A DNA stretch of 64,000 nucleotides, from NCBI GenBank assembly GCA_023267215.1, contig JAHFNS010000001.1, forward strand, positions 98,736 through 162,735, read 5' to 3'. The translations under genes were made by a program, and so were the position numbers. Origin of the DNA: Candidatus Nomurabacteria bacterium. Its GTDB lineage: Bacteria; Patescibacteriota; Minisyncoccia; Phycocordibacterales; UBA9973. The notes beneath the pieces were generated by a model, which saw nothing but the letters and a program-made list of their open reading frames with translations, ran no database searches and was not told the origin of the DNA. Shown piece after piece: positions 37,473 through 46,527 of the stretch (position 1 is the first letter of the stretch; each line of letters starts with the position of its first letter).

Positions 37473-37618
37473 GAAATAAGAAATAATTTTTAGAAAGCCT
37501 TGCGCAAGAGCTTAGAAAATAAAGGAGGTATTCCGACTATTATTTTCTTGAGCGACGAGCAGTTCGCTGGCAAAGCTTTGCCAGATAGATTGCTTTATAA
37601 AAATTGATTTCTTGTTTC
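37473..37618. mobile_element. About 146-bp intergenic fold-back element (MITE/ERIC-like)
   Basis: About 26-bp imperfect terminal inverted repeats, an inner stem, and an 18-bp perfect palindrome CTGGCAAAGCTTTGCCAG at 37567-37584. Confidence 0.6.
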
Positions 37619-37623
37619 TCGCT

Positions 37624-38478
37624 CTATTTGAACTTGTAATATACCTTATTCCCAAACCTTAGGTCAATGTATAAAAGCGAGGAATATTTATTCTTAAAAT
37701 CGGTCTGTAAAGGCTCTGTGGTTAAAACAGATTGTAAATTTTCTAAAACTTGTTCAAAATCAGAGTCAGCTTTAAAAATTATCTTTGGGCCCATTTGTGA
37801 TTTCAAAGACGAAGAAAGATAAATTTCAATATCTCCATTATCTAAAATATTAAAAATGGCTGGCTTTACACCTATTTTTTCTAAAGTATTTTTAAAAGAA
37901 ATCAATTTAGTAAAATAAGGAATATTCGTTTTGCCATAAAATTTTAAATATACTTCTCCAGAAAAATATGGCGCTTCGTCAAAGACATAGCCACTTTCAT
38001 CCATAAAATAGCATTTTTCATCATTAGAATTTGTTTCTTTCGTATTGGTATCCATCTTTTCTTCTAATTGTTCACCACAATATGTATATAAAGCAGTCCT
38101 TTCAACTAAAGAAACATTTAAGGTTTTTGAGTTTGATGTATTAAGAGAAATATTTTTTAATCTTTTAAATCTGAGAGTCAATTCATTTATTATTTCTCCT
38201 TTTGGATAAAGTAAAAAATTTGATTTTGGAAAAAAATAAAAATAGTAACCAAAAGTTTTGTCTTTGACAATATTTTTTATTGCTTCTGTTTCTATAACTT
38301 TGTTGCCAGTAATTTCTATATTAGAAATATTAAATTCTCCCCATCTTGAAAGAAAAGCAAGTCCAATAAAAATTGTCGCTAAAAATAAAGTCAGAAATAA
38401 TATTTTCTTGTATAAAATTTTATGTTTCTCTTTTTTTATTTTTAAAAGACGCGGAGAATTTAAAACGCTTTTTTGCAT
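37624..38478 (-). CDS. FtsQ/DivIB-like cell division protein
   Basis: Basic N-terminus, TM helix, POTRA-like ISNIEITGN, YIDLRFGNKVY C-terminus. Confidence 0.75.
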   Translation of the reverse strand: MQKSVLNSPRLLKIKKEKHKILYKKILFLTLFLATIFIGLAFLSRWGEFNISNIEITGNKVIETEAIKNIVKDKTFGYYFYFFPKSNFLLYPKGEIINELTLRFKRLKNISLNTSNSKTLNVSLVERTALYTYCGEQLEEKMDTNTKETNSNDEKCYFMDESGYVFDEAPYFSGEVYLKFYGKTNIPYFTKLISFKNTLEKIGVKPAIFNILDNGDIEIYLSSSLKSQMGPKIIFKADSDFEQVLENLQSVLTTEPLQTDFKNKYSSLLYIDLRFGNKVYYKFK

Positions 38479-38492
38479 TACAAGTTAGTTTA

Positions 38493-39803
38493 TTATTTAA
38501 TAAACTCTTTATTTCCCATATATTTTCTCAATACTTCTGGAATCTTTATGGTACCGTCTGCTTGCTGATAATTTTCAAGAATAGCTGCCATTGTTCTACC
38601 CATGGCACATGCAGTAGCATCATTCATATGAACTGGCTCTATTTTACCGTCACTTCTTCTCACTCTCGTGTTTAAACGACGAGATTGAAAACTTGTCATT
38701 AAATCCGCAGTATGTGTTTCTCTATATAAATCTTGTCCTGGCATCCATGTTTCTATGTCTATTTGTCGATAATCTGGTTTCCCCATATCTCCAGTACAAA
38801 TCATTACTACTTGATAAGAAAGTTTTAAGGTTTGTAAAAAATATTCTTGTATAGCAACTAAAAATTCTTGCTCTTGAATTGAATTTTCTGGAAGACAAAA
38901 GGTTTCCATTTCAAGCTTCTCAAATTGGTGCACTCTTATTATTCCTTTTGTGTCTTTTCCTGCGGCTCCAGCCTCTCTTCGAAATGCCGGAGAATAACCT
39001 ATATATCTAAGAGGCATATCCTGTTCATTTAAAATTTTATCTATATGCATTGCCCCTAAAGTGTGTTCAGCACTTCCTATTAAATACAAATCATCAACTT
39101 CTAAATGATATTTATCTTCTTTTGGAAGGAGTCTTGCCATTTTAAGATAAACATTTGGTTTTATCATAAATGGAGGGATAACAGGAATGAATGGTTTAGA
39201 ACTTATATTTATATTTTTTTCTTTTACAATTTTTTCTAAAATTTCTCCGTTCGTAAAAATTTCTAAAAGATAATTTATCAGAGCAAACTGTAATAAAACT
39301 AGATCTCCCTTAAAATAAGTAAATCGAGCGCCTGTTACTTCTGCAGCAGTCGTATTATCCATAATTCCTAATTTCTCCCCTAATTCATAGTGTTCTTTGG
39401 GTTTAAAATCAAAAACTGGTTTTTCTCCCCAACTTCTTATAACTACATTCCCCGATTCATCTGGACCAATAGGAACATCTGGAGAAGTAACATTAGGAAT
39501 CTCCAACATCATTTTTTGCCATTCTTCCATAGTCGCTTTCAACTTTTCTTCTTTTTGTTTGATGTCTTCTTTAACAGCACGCATTTCTTCTATCAATTGC
39601 ATTTTTTGAACAGAATCTTGATTTCGAGAAATGTTATTGGAAACTTTATTCACTTCACTCCTTAAATCTTCAACTTCTTTAAGTTGTTTTAAACGTTCAT
39701 CGTCAAGCTCTATTAATTTAATAATATCAACATCGACAAATTTCTTTTTTGCTCCTTCTTGTACTATTTCTTTATTTTCACGAATAAATTTGATGTCTAA
39801 CAT
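38493..39803 (-). CDS. serS: Serine--tRNA ligase
   Basis: MLDIKFIREN start, FRREAG, RVHQFEKLE, GRTMAAILENYQ. Confidence 0.96.
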   Translation of the reverse strand: MLDIKFIRENKEIVQEGAKKKFVDVDIIKLIELDDERLKQLKEVEDLRSEVNKVSNNISRNQDSVQKMQLIEEMRAVKEDIKQKEEKLKATMEEWQKMMLEIPNVTSPDVPIGPDESGNVVIRSWGEKPVFDFKPKEHYELGEKLGIMDNTTAAEVTGARFTYFKGDLVLLQFALINYLLEIFTNGEILEKIVKEKNINISSKPFIPVIPPFMIKPNVYLKMARLLPKEDKYHLEVDDLYLIGSAEHTLGAMHIDKILNEQDMPLRYIGYSPAFRREAGAAGKDTKGIIRVHQFEKLEMETFCLPENSIQEQEFLVAIQEYFLQTLKLSYQVVMICTGDMGKPDYRQIDIETWMPGQDLYRETHTADLMTSFQSRRLNTRVRRSDGKIEPVHMNDATACAMGRTMAAILENYQQADGTIKIPEVLRKYMGNKEFIK

Positions 39804-39826
39804 AAAGTTATTATATACTATAATGT

Positions 39827-40687
39827 ATGAAAATTCAAAAGCTCCCCAAAAATAAATTTCCGAAAGCATTATTAGAAATTCCACAACCACCAGAGCAGCT
39901 TTACATTATTGGCGAATTGCCAAAAGAAAATTTGATTTATTTATCTGTCGTCGGTTCTCGTAAATTTACTTCTTATGGAAAAGATATTTGTGAAAAAATA
40001 ATCGCAGGATTGAAAGGGTATCCGATAGCTATAGTTTCTGGCTTCGCTATAGGCATAGATACAATATCTCATAAAAAAGCAATGCAAGTAGGTTTAAAGA
40101 CAATAGTTTTTCCTGGATCAGGACTTTCTGATGAAGCGATTTATCCAAAAACAAATGTACGACTAATGAGAGAAGTAGTAGAAAATGGTGGCTGTCTAAT
40201 TTCAGAATTCGAACCAGATTTCAAAGCGACTCAGTGGAGCTTCCCTATGCGTAACAGACTCATGGCTGGTATTTCAAAGTCTGTACTTATTATAGAAGCC
40301 GAAGAAAAGTCTGGCACGCTCATCACCGCTCGCTTGGCCACAGAATACAATAGAGATGTGCTTGCAGTGCCTGGCTCTGTATTTTCATCAAGTTCAAGAG
40401 GTACCAATAAATTGATCAAGCAAGGAGCGACTCCAGTATCTTCGGCGGAAGATGTGCTCGAAGCTCTCGGATTCGAAATCAAAAAAGATGAAAGCAAACA
40501 AGCAAAACTTTTTGCTGACTTGTCTCCCGAAGAGAAAAAAGTAATAGATCTACTTCGTGAACCAATGCCTCGTGATGATTTGATTCGTGCAATGAAAATG
40601 CCGACACCGAATGCAAACGCCATCATCTCCATAATGGAAATAAAAGAATTAATTAAAGAAGAATTAGGCGAGATACGATTAGCATAA
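39827..40687 (+). CDS. dprA: DNA-protecting protein DprA
   Basis: VVGSR, VSGFAIGID, FPMRNR, SGTLITA, GTNKLIKQGA. Confidence 0.95.
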   Translation: MKIQKLPKNKFPKALLEIPQPPEQLYIIGELPKENLIYLSVVGSRKFTSYGKDICEKIIAGLKGYPIAIVSGFAIGIDTISHKKAMQVGLKTIVFPGSGLSDEAIYPKTNVRLMREVVENGGCLISEFEPDFKATQWSFPMRNRLMAGISKSVLIIEAEEKSGTLITARLATEYNRDVLAVPGSVFSSSSRGTNKLIKQGATPVSSAEDVLEALGFEIKKDESKQAKLFADLSPEEKKVIDLLREPMPRDDLIRAMKMPTPNANAIISIMEIKELIKEELGEIRLA

Positions 40688-40693
40688 ACAAAA

Positions 40694-40730
40694 AAGTCAC
40701 ACAAGAAAGTGTAACTTTTTTGTGTGACTT
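40694..40730. terminator. Hairpin terminator downstream of dprA
   Basis: AAGTCACACAAGAAAGT-gta-ACTTTTTTGTGTGACTT; T-run on the - strand. Confidence 0.7.
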
Positions 40731-40938
40731 GAATTTACTATTCAATTTTCTCAAATGTTTTGAGAAAATTATAACCATCTTCAATAGCTATAAATATTTT
40801 TCCAAATTTTTTCCTCCTCAGGAAATTATTGTTATTGAAATTTGTCAAAAATCTAAAGCTTATTTATTTGTCTATAATATAGCATATATAGATATAAAAG
40901 TCAATTGCAAATATCAGGGATTTTGGTATAATGTGAAT

Positions 40939-40990
40939 ACAAAGTGCCGAAAGGCTTCGAGAAACCCCGCTTCTGCGGGGTTTCGATTTT
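40939..40990 (+). ncRNA. Candidate small RNA of about 50 nt
   Basis: TTGCAA-16-TATAAT with extended TG (40905-40932), GCC-GAAA-GGC hairpin, GAAACCCCGC-ttct-GCGGGGTTTC stem; no credible ORF. Confidence 0.45.
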
Positions 40991-41380
40991 CTACAAAAAT
41001 AGTTTAAGTTTTTGTTTTATTTCATTAAAAAGATGGTCAGGCATTACATAGATATCTCTTTTTAATCTTTTCACACTAATCAATCTCATCTGAGCAAGTA
41101 TAGCTGACACTTTTTGATTATTTGGATCAATATAATTAAAATAAAAATCAAATTTCTTTTGTTTAGTTGAAAGTGGGACACACCAAAACATATGATTATT
41201 AAATTTCTTTACAATTAATACTGGACGAGAAAAACTATCTTCACTACCATTCTGCTCATATCCAATATTTCTACCTAAAGAACACATCCAGACTTCTCCT
41301 TCTTTAGGAAAATTATCAGGCATATTTTCTCTGGTATTTATTTTCTTTTTTAATTCGTTCCAATTATCAAATTCTTCCAT
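40991..41380 (-). CDS. PemK/MazF-like toxin, orphan
   Basis: GEVWMCSLGRNIGYEQNG..RPVLIV..VPLST..QMRLIS.KRL. Confidence 0.85.
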   Translation of the reverse strand: MEEFDNWNELKKKINTRENMPDNFPKEGEVWMCSLGRNIGYEQNGSEDSFSRPVLIVKKFNNHMFWCVPLSTKQKKFDFYFNYIDPNNQKVSAILAQMRLISVKRLKRDIYVMPDHLFNEIKQKLKLFL

Positions 41381-41466
41381 GTTTTTATTATCTCAAATAA
41401 TTAAATTTAATACAAATAAAAAAACTAAAATTTGCAAAAAAAATATATTTCGTGTAATACTTGAAG

Positions 41467-41498
41467 TTAGGTGCTAGCGACTAGTTGCTAGGGACTAG
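41467..41498 (+). repeat. Heptamer tandem repeat upstream of topA
   Basis: TTAGGTG CTAGCGA CTAGTTG CTAGGGA CTAG. Confidence 0.6.
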
Positions 41499-41507
41499 AA
41501 AAAATTT

Positions 41508-43781
41508 ATGAAATTACTCATTGTTGAATCACCATCAAAAGCAAAGACTATAGAAAAATATTTAGAAGGCGCATACACAGTGCGTGCTTCTATTGGACAT
41601 ATTCGTGATTTACCTAAATCAAACAAACAAGCGATAGATATCGAAGGTGGTTTCATTCCACATTATGAAATTTCAAAAGGTAAAGAAAAAGTTGTTCATG
41701 AACTTCAATCACTCGGAGAAAAAGCCACAGAGATATTGTTAGCGACAGACCCCGACCGTGAAGGAGAAGCTATAGCTTGGCATATAGAAGAACTTTTAAA
41801 GAAAGATAAAAAAATAAAAGCTAAAGCGAAACGTGTGACATTCCATGAAATAACAAAGGAAGCCGTAGAAGAAGCATTGAAACATCCTCGAAACATAGAC
41901 ACTGCTTTGAGAAAAGCTCAAGAAGCAAGACGTGTCCTCGACAGACTCGTAGGATATGATCTGTCTGGTTTGATATGGAAAAAAGTACGCTATGGACTCT
42001 CTGCAGGACGTGTTCAATCCCCTGCACTCCGCATAATAATGGAACGCGAAAGAGAAATCCGTGCTTTTGTGCCAGAGAAATATTGGAGAATATTAGGACT
42101 TTTTGAAACACCCAAAAAAGGAAAACTTACTTTAAATTGTTCTATTGAGCCAAGAGATGAAAAAGTTGTAGAAAAAATAATGGAAGAAGGCAATAGTAAA
42201 GATTGGTTTGTAACTGATGTCAAAGAGGGAGAGCAAAAGAGAGTTCCTCGTGCTCCGTTCACTACTTCCACATTACAACAGACAGCGAGCTCTCGCCTTG
42301 GATATTCCCCTTCTAGGACAATGCAAATAGCTCAAAAACTTTATGAAGCTGGACATATCACATACATGCGTACAGATAGTACAAATTTATCTCTTGTCGC
42401 TCAATCACAGATAGTTTCTATGATTGAAAAAAAATATGGGAAAAATTTTGCACAAGCAAGAATTTATAAAACAAAATCAAAAAATGCCCAAGAAGCACAC
42501 GAAGCTATTCGCCCAACTCATATAGAAAATATGTTGGCTGGCACAGATGAACAACAAAGACTTTATAGATTAATCTGGGAGCGTGCTGTTTCTTCACAAA
42601 TGGCAGATGCGAAATTATTGAAGACAAAAATAAGTGCGAATATAGCTTACAGCCCCAAAGACGGTCTTCGGGGAGCTCCCCGAAGACCGTCTTTGGGGCA
42701 ATTCGAATTCCCAGACTTCACAGCTGTCGGTTCCAGAATTCTTTTCTCTGGTTGGCTAGAAGTTGATAGAGATAGTGTCGGAGAAGATTTTGAATTACCA
42801 GAAGTAAAGAAGGGAGACAAATTAAAATTGTTAAATCTCGTTAATGAAGAAAAATTTACCGAACCACCAAATAGATATAGTGAAGCAGGCCTCATTAAAG
42901 AACTCGAGGCACGAGACATAGGTAGACCTTCTACTTATGCTTCCATAATGAAAACATTGGAAGACAGAGAATATGTCAGGAAAGAAGGCAAAACTCTATT
43001 CCCTACAGACGTCGGTGAAGTCGTGTCAGACTTCTTAGAAAATAATTTTGCAAATTATATCTCTGATACATTCACAGCTGAGATGGAAGACGAGCTAGAT
43101 GAAATATCTCGTGGTGAACGTGAATACGAAAAAACATTAAAAGATTTCTATGGACCATTCTTAAAAGAAATAAAAATAAAAGAAAAGTTAGAAAAAGCGA
43201 CAAATTTAGGAGAAGCACCAGAAGGTATAGTGTGTCCAAAATGTGGCAGTAAAATGATAGTGAAGCTTTCTCGTGCAGGAAAATTCTATTCTTGTATTAA
43301 ATATCCAGATTGTGACGGAGCCCTTATGATAGACGGTACAGAATTGAAAGGTCCAAAAGAAACTGGTGAGATGTGTCCCCAATGTGGACATAAGAGTGGA
43401 GGAAAAAAAGGAAATGGGGGTGGAGGAAAATTGATCATACGCGAGAGACGTGATGGCACTGGCACATTCATTTCTTGTTCTCGTTATCCAAAATGTAAGT
43501 TCATAAAAAAAGACGAAGCAGAAGAAGCAAAAAAAAGAACTGGGGTTATCTGTCCAACTTGCAAAAAAGGAGATATTTCTGAGCGCAAAGGAAGATTTGG
43601 AGTATTTTATTCCTGTTCAAACTATCCTGATTGTAAATTTGCAATTAAAGCAAAACCCACTGGTAAAACATGTGATAAATGTGGATCTTTAATGATGCAA
43701 GGTACAAAAACTATCCCTGATAGATGCAGTAATAATACATGTTTAAATTATCGACCTGATAAATTAAATAAAATTAAATAA
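41508..43781 (+). CDS. topA: DNA topoisomerase I with C-terminal zinc ribbons
   Basis: IVESPSKAKTI, DPDREGE, SAGRVQS, ITYMRTD, GRPSTY. Confidence 0.97.
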   Translation: MKLLIVESPSKAKTIEKYLEGAYTVRASIGHIRDLPKSNKQAIDIEGGFIPHYEISKGKEKVVHELQSLGEKATEILLATDPDREGEAIAWHIEELLKKDKKIKAKAKRVTFHEITKEAVEEALKHPRNIDTALRKAQEARRVLDRLVGYDLSGLIWKKVRYGLSAGRVQSPALRIIMEREREIRAFVPEKYWRILGLFETPKKGKLTLNCSIEPRDEKVVEKIMEEGNSKDWFVTDVKEGEQKRVPRAPFTTSTLQQTASSRLGYSPSRTMQIAQKLYEAGHITYMRTDSTNLSLVAQSQIVSMIEKKYGKNFAQARIYKTKSKNAQEAHEAIRPTHIENMLAGTDEQQRLYRLIWERAVSSQMADAKLLKTKISANIAYSPKDGLRGAPRRPSLGQFEFPDFTAVGSRILFSGWLEVDRDSVGEDFELPEVKKGDKLKLLNLVNEEKFTEPPNRYSEAGLIKELEARDIGRPSTYASIMKTLEDREYVRKEGKTLFPTDVGEVVSDFLENNFANYISDTFTAEMEDELDEISRGEREYEKTLKDFYGPFLKEIKIKEKLEKATNLGEAPEGIVCPKCGSKMIVKLSRAGKFYSCIKYPDCDGALMIDGTELKGPKETGEMCPQCGHKSGGKKGNGGGGKLIIRERRDGTGTFISCSRYPKCKFIKKDEAEEAKKRTGVICPTCKKGDISERKGRFGVFYSCSNYPDCKFAIKAKPTGKTCDKCGSLMMQGTKTIPDRCSNNTCLNYRPDKLNKIK
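42652..42698. repeat. Palindromic element family A, in frame inside topA
   Basis: GCCCCAAAGACGGTCTTCGGG-agctc-CCCGAAGACCGTCTTTGGGGC, perfect 21-bp arms. Confidence 0.92.
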
Positions 43782-43835
43782 TAAATTTAAATCTTAAAAA
43801 TTGAATAAAAATAACCATTATAATATAATGATATT

Positions 43836-45308
43836 ATGGCTGAAGTAAAAGAAATTATAAATCTCGTAAAAGGAGGTTTAAATAAAAAAGAAGAAGAGCT
43901 CGTAAGAAAAGCTTGTACTTTTGCTAAAAATGCACACGAAGGACAAAAAAGATTAAATGGAGACCCATATTTTATTCACGTATTTGAAACAGCAAAAATA
44001 TTAGCCAAACTTGGAATGGATGCCGAAACTATAGTCGCAGGATTTTTGCATGATGTACTCGAAGATACTAAAATTACGGCTGAAGAAATGAAAAAGGAAT
44101 TTGGAGAAAATATAGTATTTTTGGTAAATGGCGTCACGAAGCTTGGAACTTTAAAATATCATGGAGATGAACGACATGTAGAAAGTTTAAGAAAATTTTT
44201 TGTGGCAATGACAAATGATTTGCGAGTAGTGATCATAAAATTTGCAGACAGATTGCACAATCTTCGTACTCTTCAATATATAAAAGAAGACAAACAAAAA
44301 AGAATCGCTTTAGAATCTATCGAAGTTTATGCTCCACTTGCCAATCGTCTTGGAATGGGAAAATTAAAGGGTGAAATAGAAGATGCTGCTTTTCCTTATG
44401 CATATCCAAAAGAATATGCACAAATAGAAGAAATAATTAAAGAAAAAAGAAGTCTTTATGAAAAAAATTTAGAAGAAATACATAGAGAGCTTGAGAAAGA
44501 ATTATACAAAAACAATGTTAAAGTAATTGAAGTTAATTATAGATTAAAACACAGATATAGTTTGTGGAAAAAGCTTTTAAAGTACGACATGGATATCGAA
44601 AAATTAAATGATATTATAGCTTTGCGTGTTATTGTAGAAAATATAGAAGATTGTTATAAAGTGTTAGGTATTATCCATTCTATTTGGAGACCATTACCTG
44701 GTAGAATTAAAGATTATATCGCTGTTCCTAAACCCAATGGATATCGTTCAATTCACACTACTATTTTTACTGGTTCAGGTGGAGTAGCAGAAATTCAAAT
44801 AAGAACACAAGAAATGCATGCTGAAGCAGCCTATGGTGTTGCTGCCCATTTTGCTTATAAAGAAAAAAAGAAAAATAAAACTGACAATGATGAAAAATCT
44901 AAATTTAAGTGGATTGAAGAATTAAAAAACTTCAATTATGAATTAGATAATCCTAAAAAATATTTAGAACACTTAAAAACTGATTTCTTTAATGACCGTA
45001 TTTTTATTTTTACCCCCAAAGGAGATGTAATTGATTTACCGGAAGATTCTAGTCCAGTAGATTTTGCGTATTCTATTCACTCAGATGTTGGCGATCATGT
45101 CGCTGGAGTTAAAATCAACAATAAAATGGTTCCGATTATTTCTAAATTAAAAAATGGAGATATTGTCGAAATAGTAACTAAAAAAGATGCTCATCCTTCA
45201 AGTAAATGGTTAGAAATTTCAAAAACAAATATTGCTAAAAAAAATATTAGATCTTACTTAGAAAAAAATAGCCTACTTTCTAAACTTAAATCTTTTGGTC
45301 GCAGTTAA
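43836..45308 (+). CDS. relA: RelA/SpoT family protein (HD-SYNTH-TGS, no ACT domain)
   Basis: PYFIH, LHDVLED, ADRLHN, YRSIHT, EIQIRT, FTPKG, DFAYSIH. Confidence 0.9.
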   Translation: MAEVKEIINLVKGGLNKKEEELVRKACTFAKNAHEGQKRLNGDPYFIHVFETAKILAKLGMDAETIVAGFLHDVLEDTKITAEEMKKEFGENIVFLVNGVTKLGTLKYHGDERHVESLRKFFVAMTNDLRVVIIKFADRLHNLRTLQYIKEDKQKRIALESIEVYAPLANRLGMGKLKGEIEDAAFPYAYPKEYAQIEEIIKEKRSLYEKNLEEIHRELEKELYKNNVKVIEVNYRLKHRYSLWKKLLKYDMDIEKLNDIIALRVIVENIEDCYKVLGIIHSIWRPLPGRIKDYIAVPKPNGYRSIHTTIFTGSGGVAEIQIRTQEMHAEAAYGVAAHFAYKEKKKNKTDNDEKSKFKWIEELKNFNYELDNPKKYLEHLKTDFFNDRIFIFTPKGDVIDLPEDSSPVDFAYSIHSDVGDHVAGVKINNKMVPIISKLKNGDIVEIVTKKDAHPSSKWLEISKTNIAKKNIRSYLEKNSLLSKLKSFGRS

Positions 45309-46342
45309 ACACTAAAATTAGAAATATCGTAAAGATTGTCATTATTTTCCTCTTCTTTTATTTCTTCTTTACTTCTATCATCTAATGGAACATCTGTTGG
45401 AATTTCTGCAGCAAGATTATCCATAGGATCAATGATTGTTTCAGTTTGTATTCCACCCTCTGGTGCATTACTTTTTGCTATATAATTTTCAAGCATATCA
45501 TCTGCTCTTTTTTCTACACTTGTTTTATTAATCAAATCTAAAATAGTTCTTAAATCATCTGTAGAAAAAAAATCTATCTTAATTTGTCCGCCTAATTCAT
45601 GTCTATCTATATGTACCCTGGTGCCTAATTTATCTTGAAATTCTTCTTCTAGTTCTACTATCTCTGGATCAGGCATAAATTCTTTTTTACGCACACGATC
45701 ATAGGCTATTTTTCTAGCTAATCTTTCTGCCTCTCGTACGGTTATTTTTTTATAAACAATTTCTTTAAACAAAACAATCTGCTCTTCAGGATGATCTACA
45801 AGCATGAGCAATGGCCTAGTATGACCTTCAGTAATTTTTCCTTCTGATAATGCATTCAATATTTCTTCTGGTAAAGATAAAATACGCAAAGAATTTGAAA
45901 CATATTCCCTACTTCTACCCATTTTTTTAGCTATTTCAGCATGAGTAAATTTAAATTCATTTGCTAAACGAAAAAAAGCACGAGCCCGATCAACTACATT
46001 TAAATCTTCTCGTTGTAAATTCTCTATTATAGCCAATTCAAGTTTTGTCATAGAAGAATCACCTGTTCGAATTATAACTGGCACTTGAGATACTCGTGCT
46101 AAAATAGCAGCTCGGAGTCTACGTTCTCCAGCGATAAGCTCATATTCTGTCATTAAACCACCATCTTCTTTTTCTACTTCCACTCGAGAAACTATCAAGG
46201 GAGAAAGTACTCCATACTGTTTTATAGAATCGGATAAATCTTGTAATCGAGCTTCATCAAAGTCTCGACGAGGTTGATATGGATTTGGTTTGATTTTATC
46301 TGTATCAACCCAGAAAATTGAATTGGAATATAATGTGGACAT
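45305..46342 (-). CDS. parB: ParB/Spo0J partition protein
   Basis: PNPYQPR, IAGERRLRA, ENLQREDL, HTH. Confidence 0.93.
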   Translation of the reverse strand: MSTLYSNSIFWVDTDKIKPNPYQPRRDFDEARLQDLSDSIKQYGVLSPLIVSRVEVEKEDGGLMTEYELIAGERRLRAAILARVSQVPVIIRTGDSSMTKLELAIIENLQREDLNVVDRARAFFRLANEFKFTHAEIAKKMGRSREYVSNSLRILSLPEEILNALSEGKITEGHTRPLLMLVDHPEEQIVLFKEIVYKKITVREAERLARKIAYDRVRKKEFMPDPEIVELEEEFQDKLGTRVHIDRHELGGQIKIDFFSTDDLRTILDLINKTSVEKRADDMLENYIAKSNAPEGGIQTETIIDPMDNLAAEIPTDVPLDDRSKEEIKEEENNDNLYDISNFSV

Positions 46343-46438
46343 AAATTGATTTTAGCATAAATTAGAAAAATAAAAAAATTGATTTTGAGCATAAATTTGT
46401 GTAGAATGTGTGAATTGTTAATTAGTAATTAAAAAGAA

Positions 46439-46522
46439 GCCCAGGTGGCGGAATTGGTAGACGCGATAGACTCAAAATCTATTGGTGGCAACATCATGAG
46501 AGTTCGATTCTCTCCCTGGGCA
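46439..46522 (+). tRNA. tRNA-Leu(CAA), CCA not encoded
   Basis: GCCCAGG/CCTGGGC acceptor stem, ATAGA-CTCAAAA-TCTAT arm, long variable arm, GTTCGATTC. Confidence 0.95.
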
Positions 46523-46527
46523 CAAAT

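Noticed and set aside
39804-39890. Extended serS N-terminus in the ORF track
   Set aside because: Overlaps dprA; the conserved MLDIKF start at 39803 has its own -10 box
40720-41007. 95-aa + strand ORF as a protein antitoxin
   Set aside because: TTG start inside a terminator hairpin, runs across promoter and stem-loops, no antitoxin features
43390-43430. Gly/Lys insertion in a TopA zinc ribbon as another palindromic element
   Set aside because: Purine-rich low complexity with no inverted repeat
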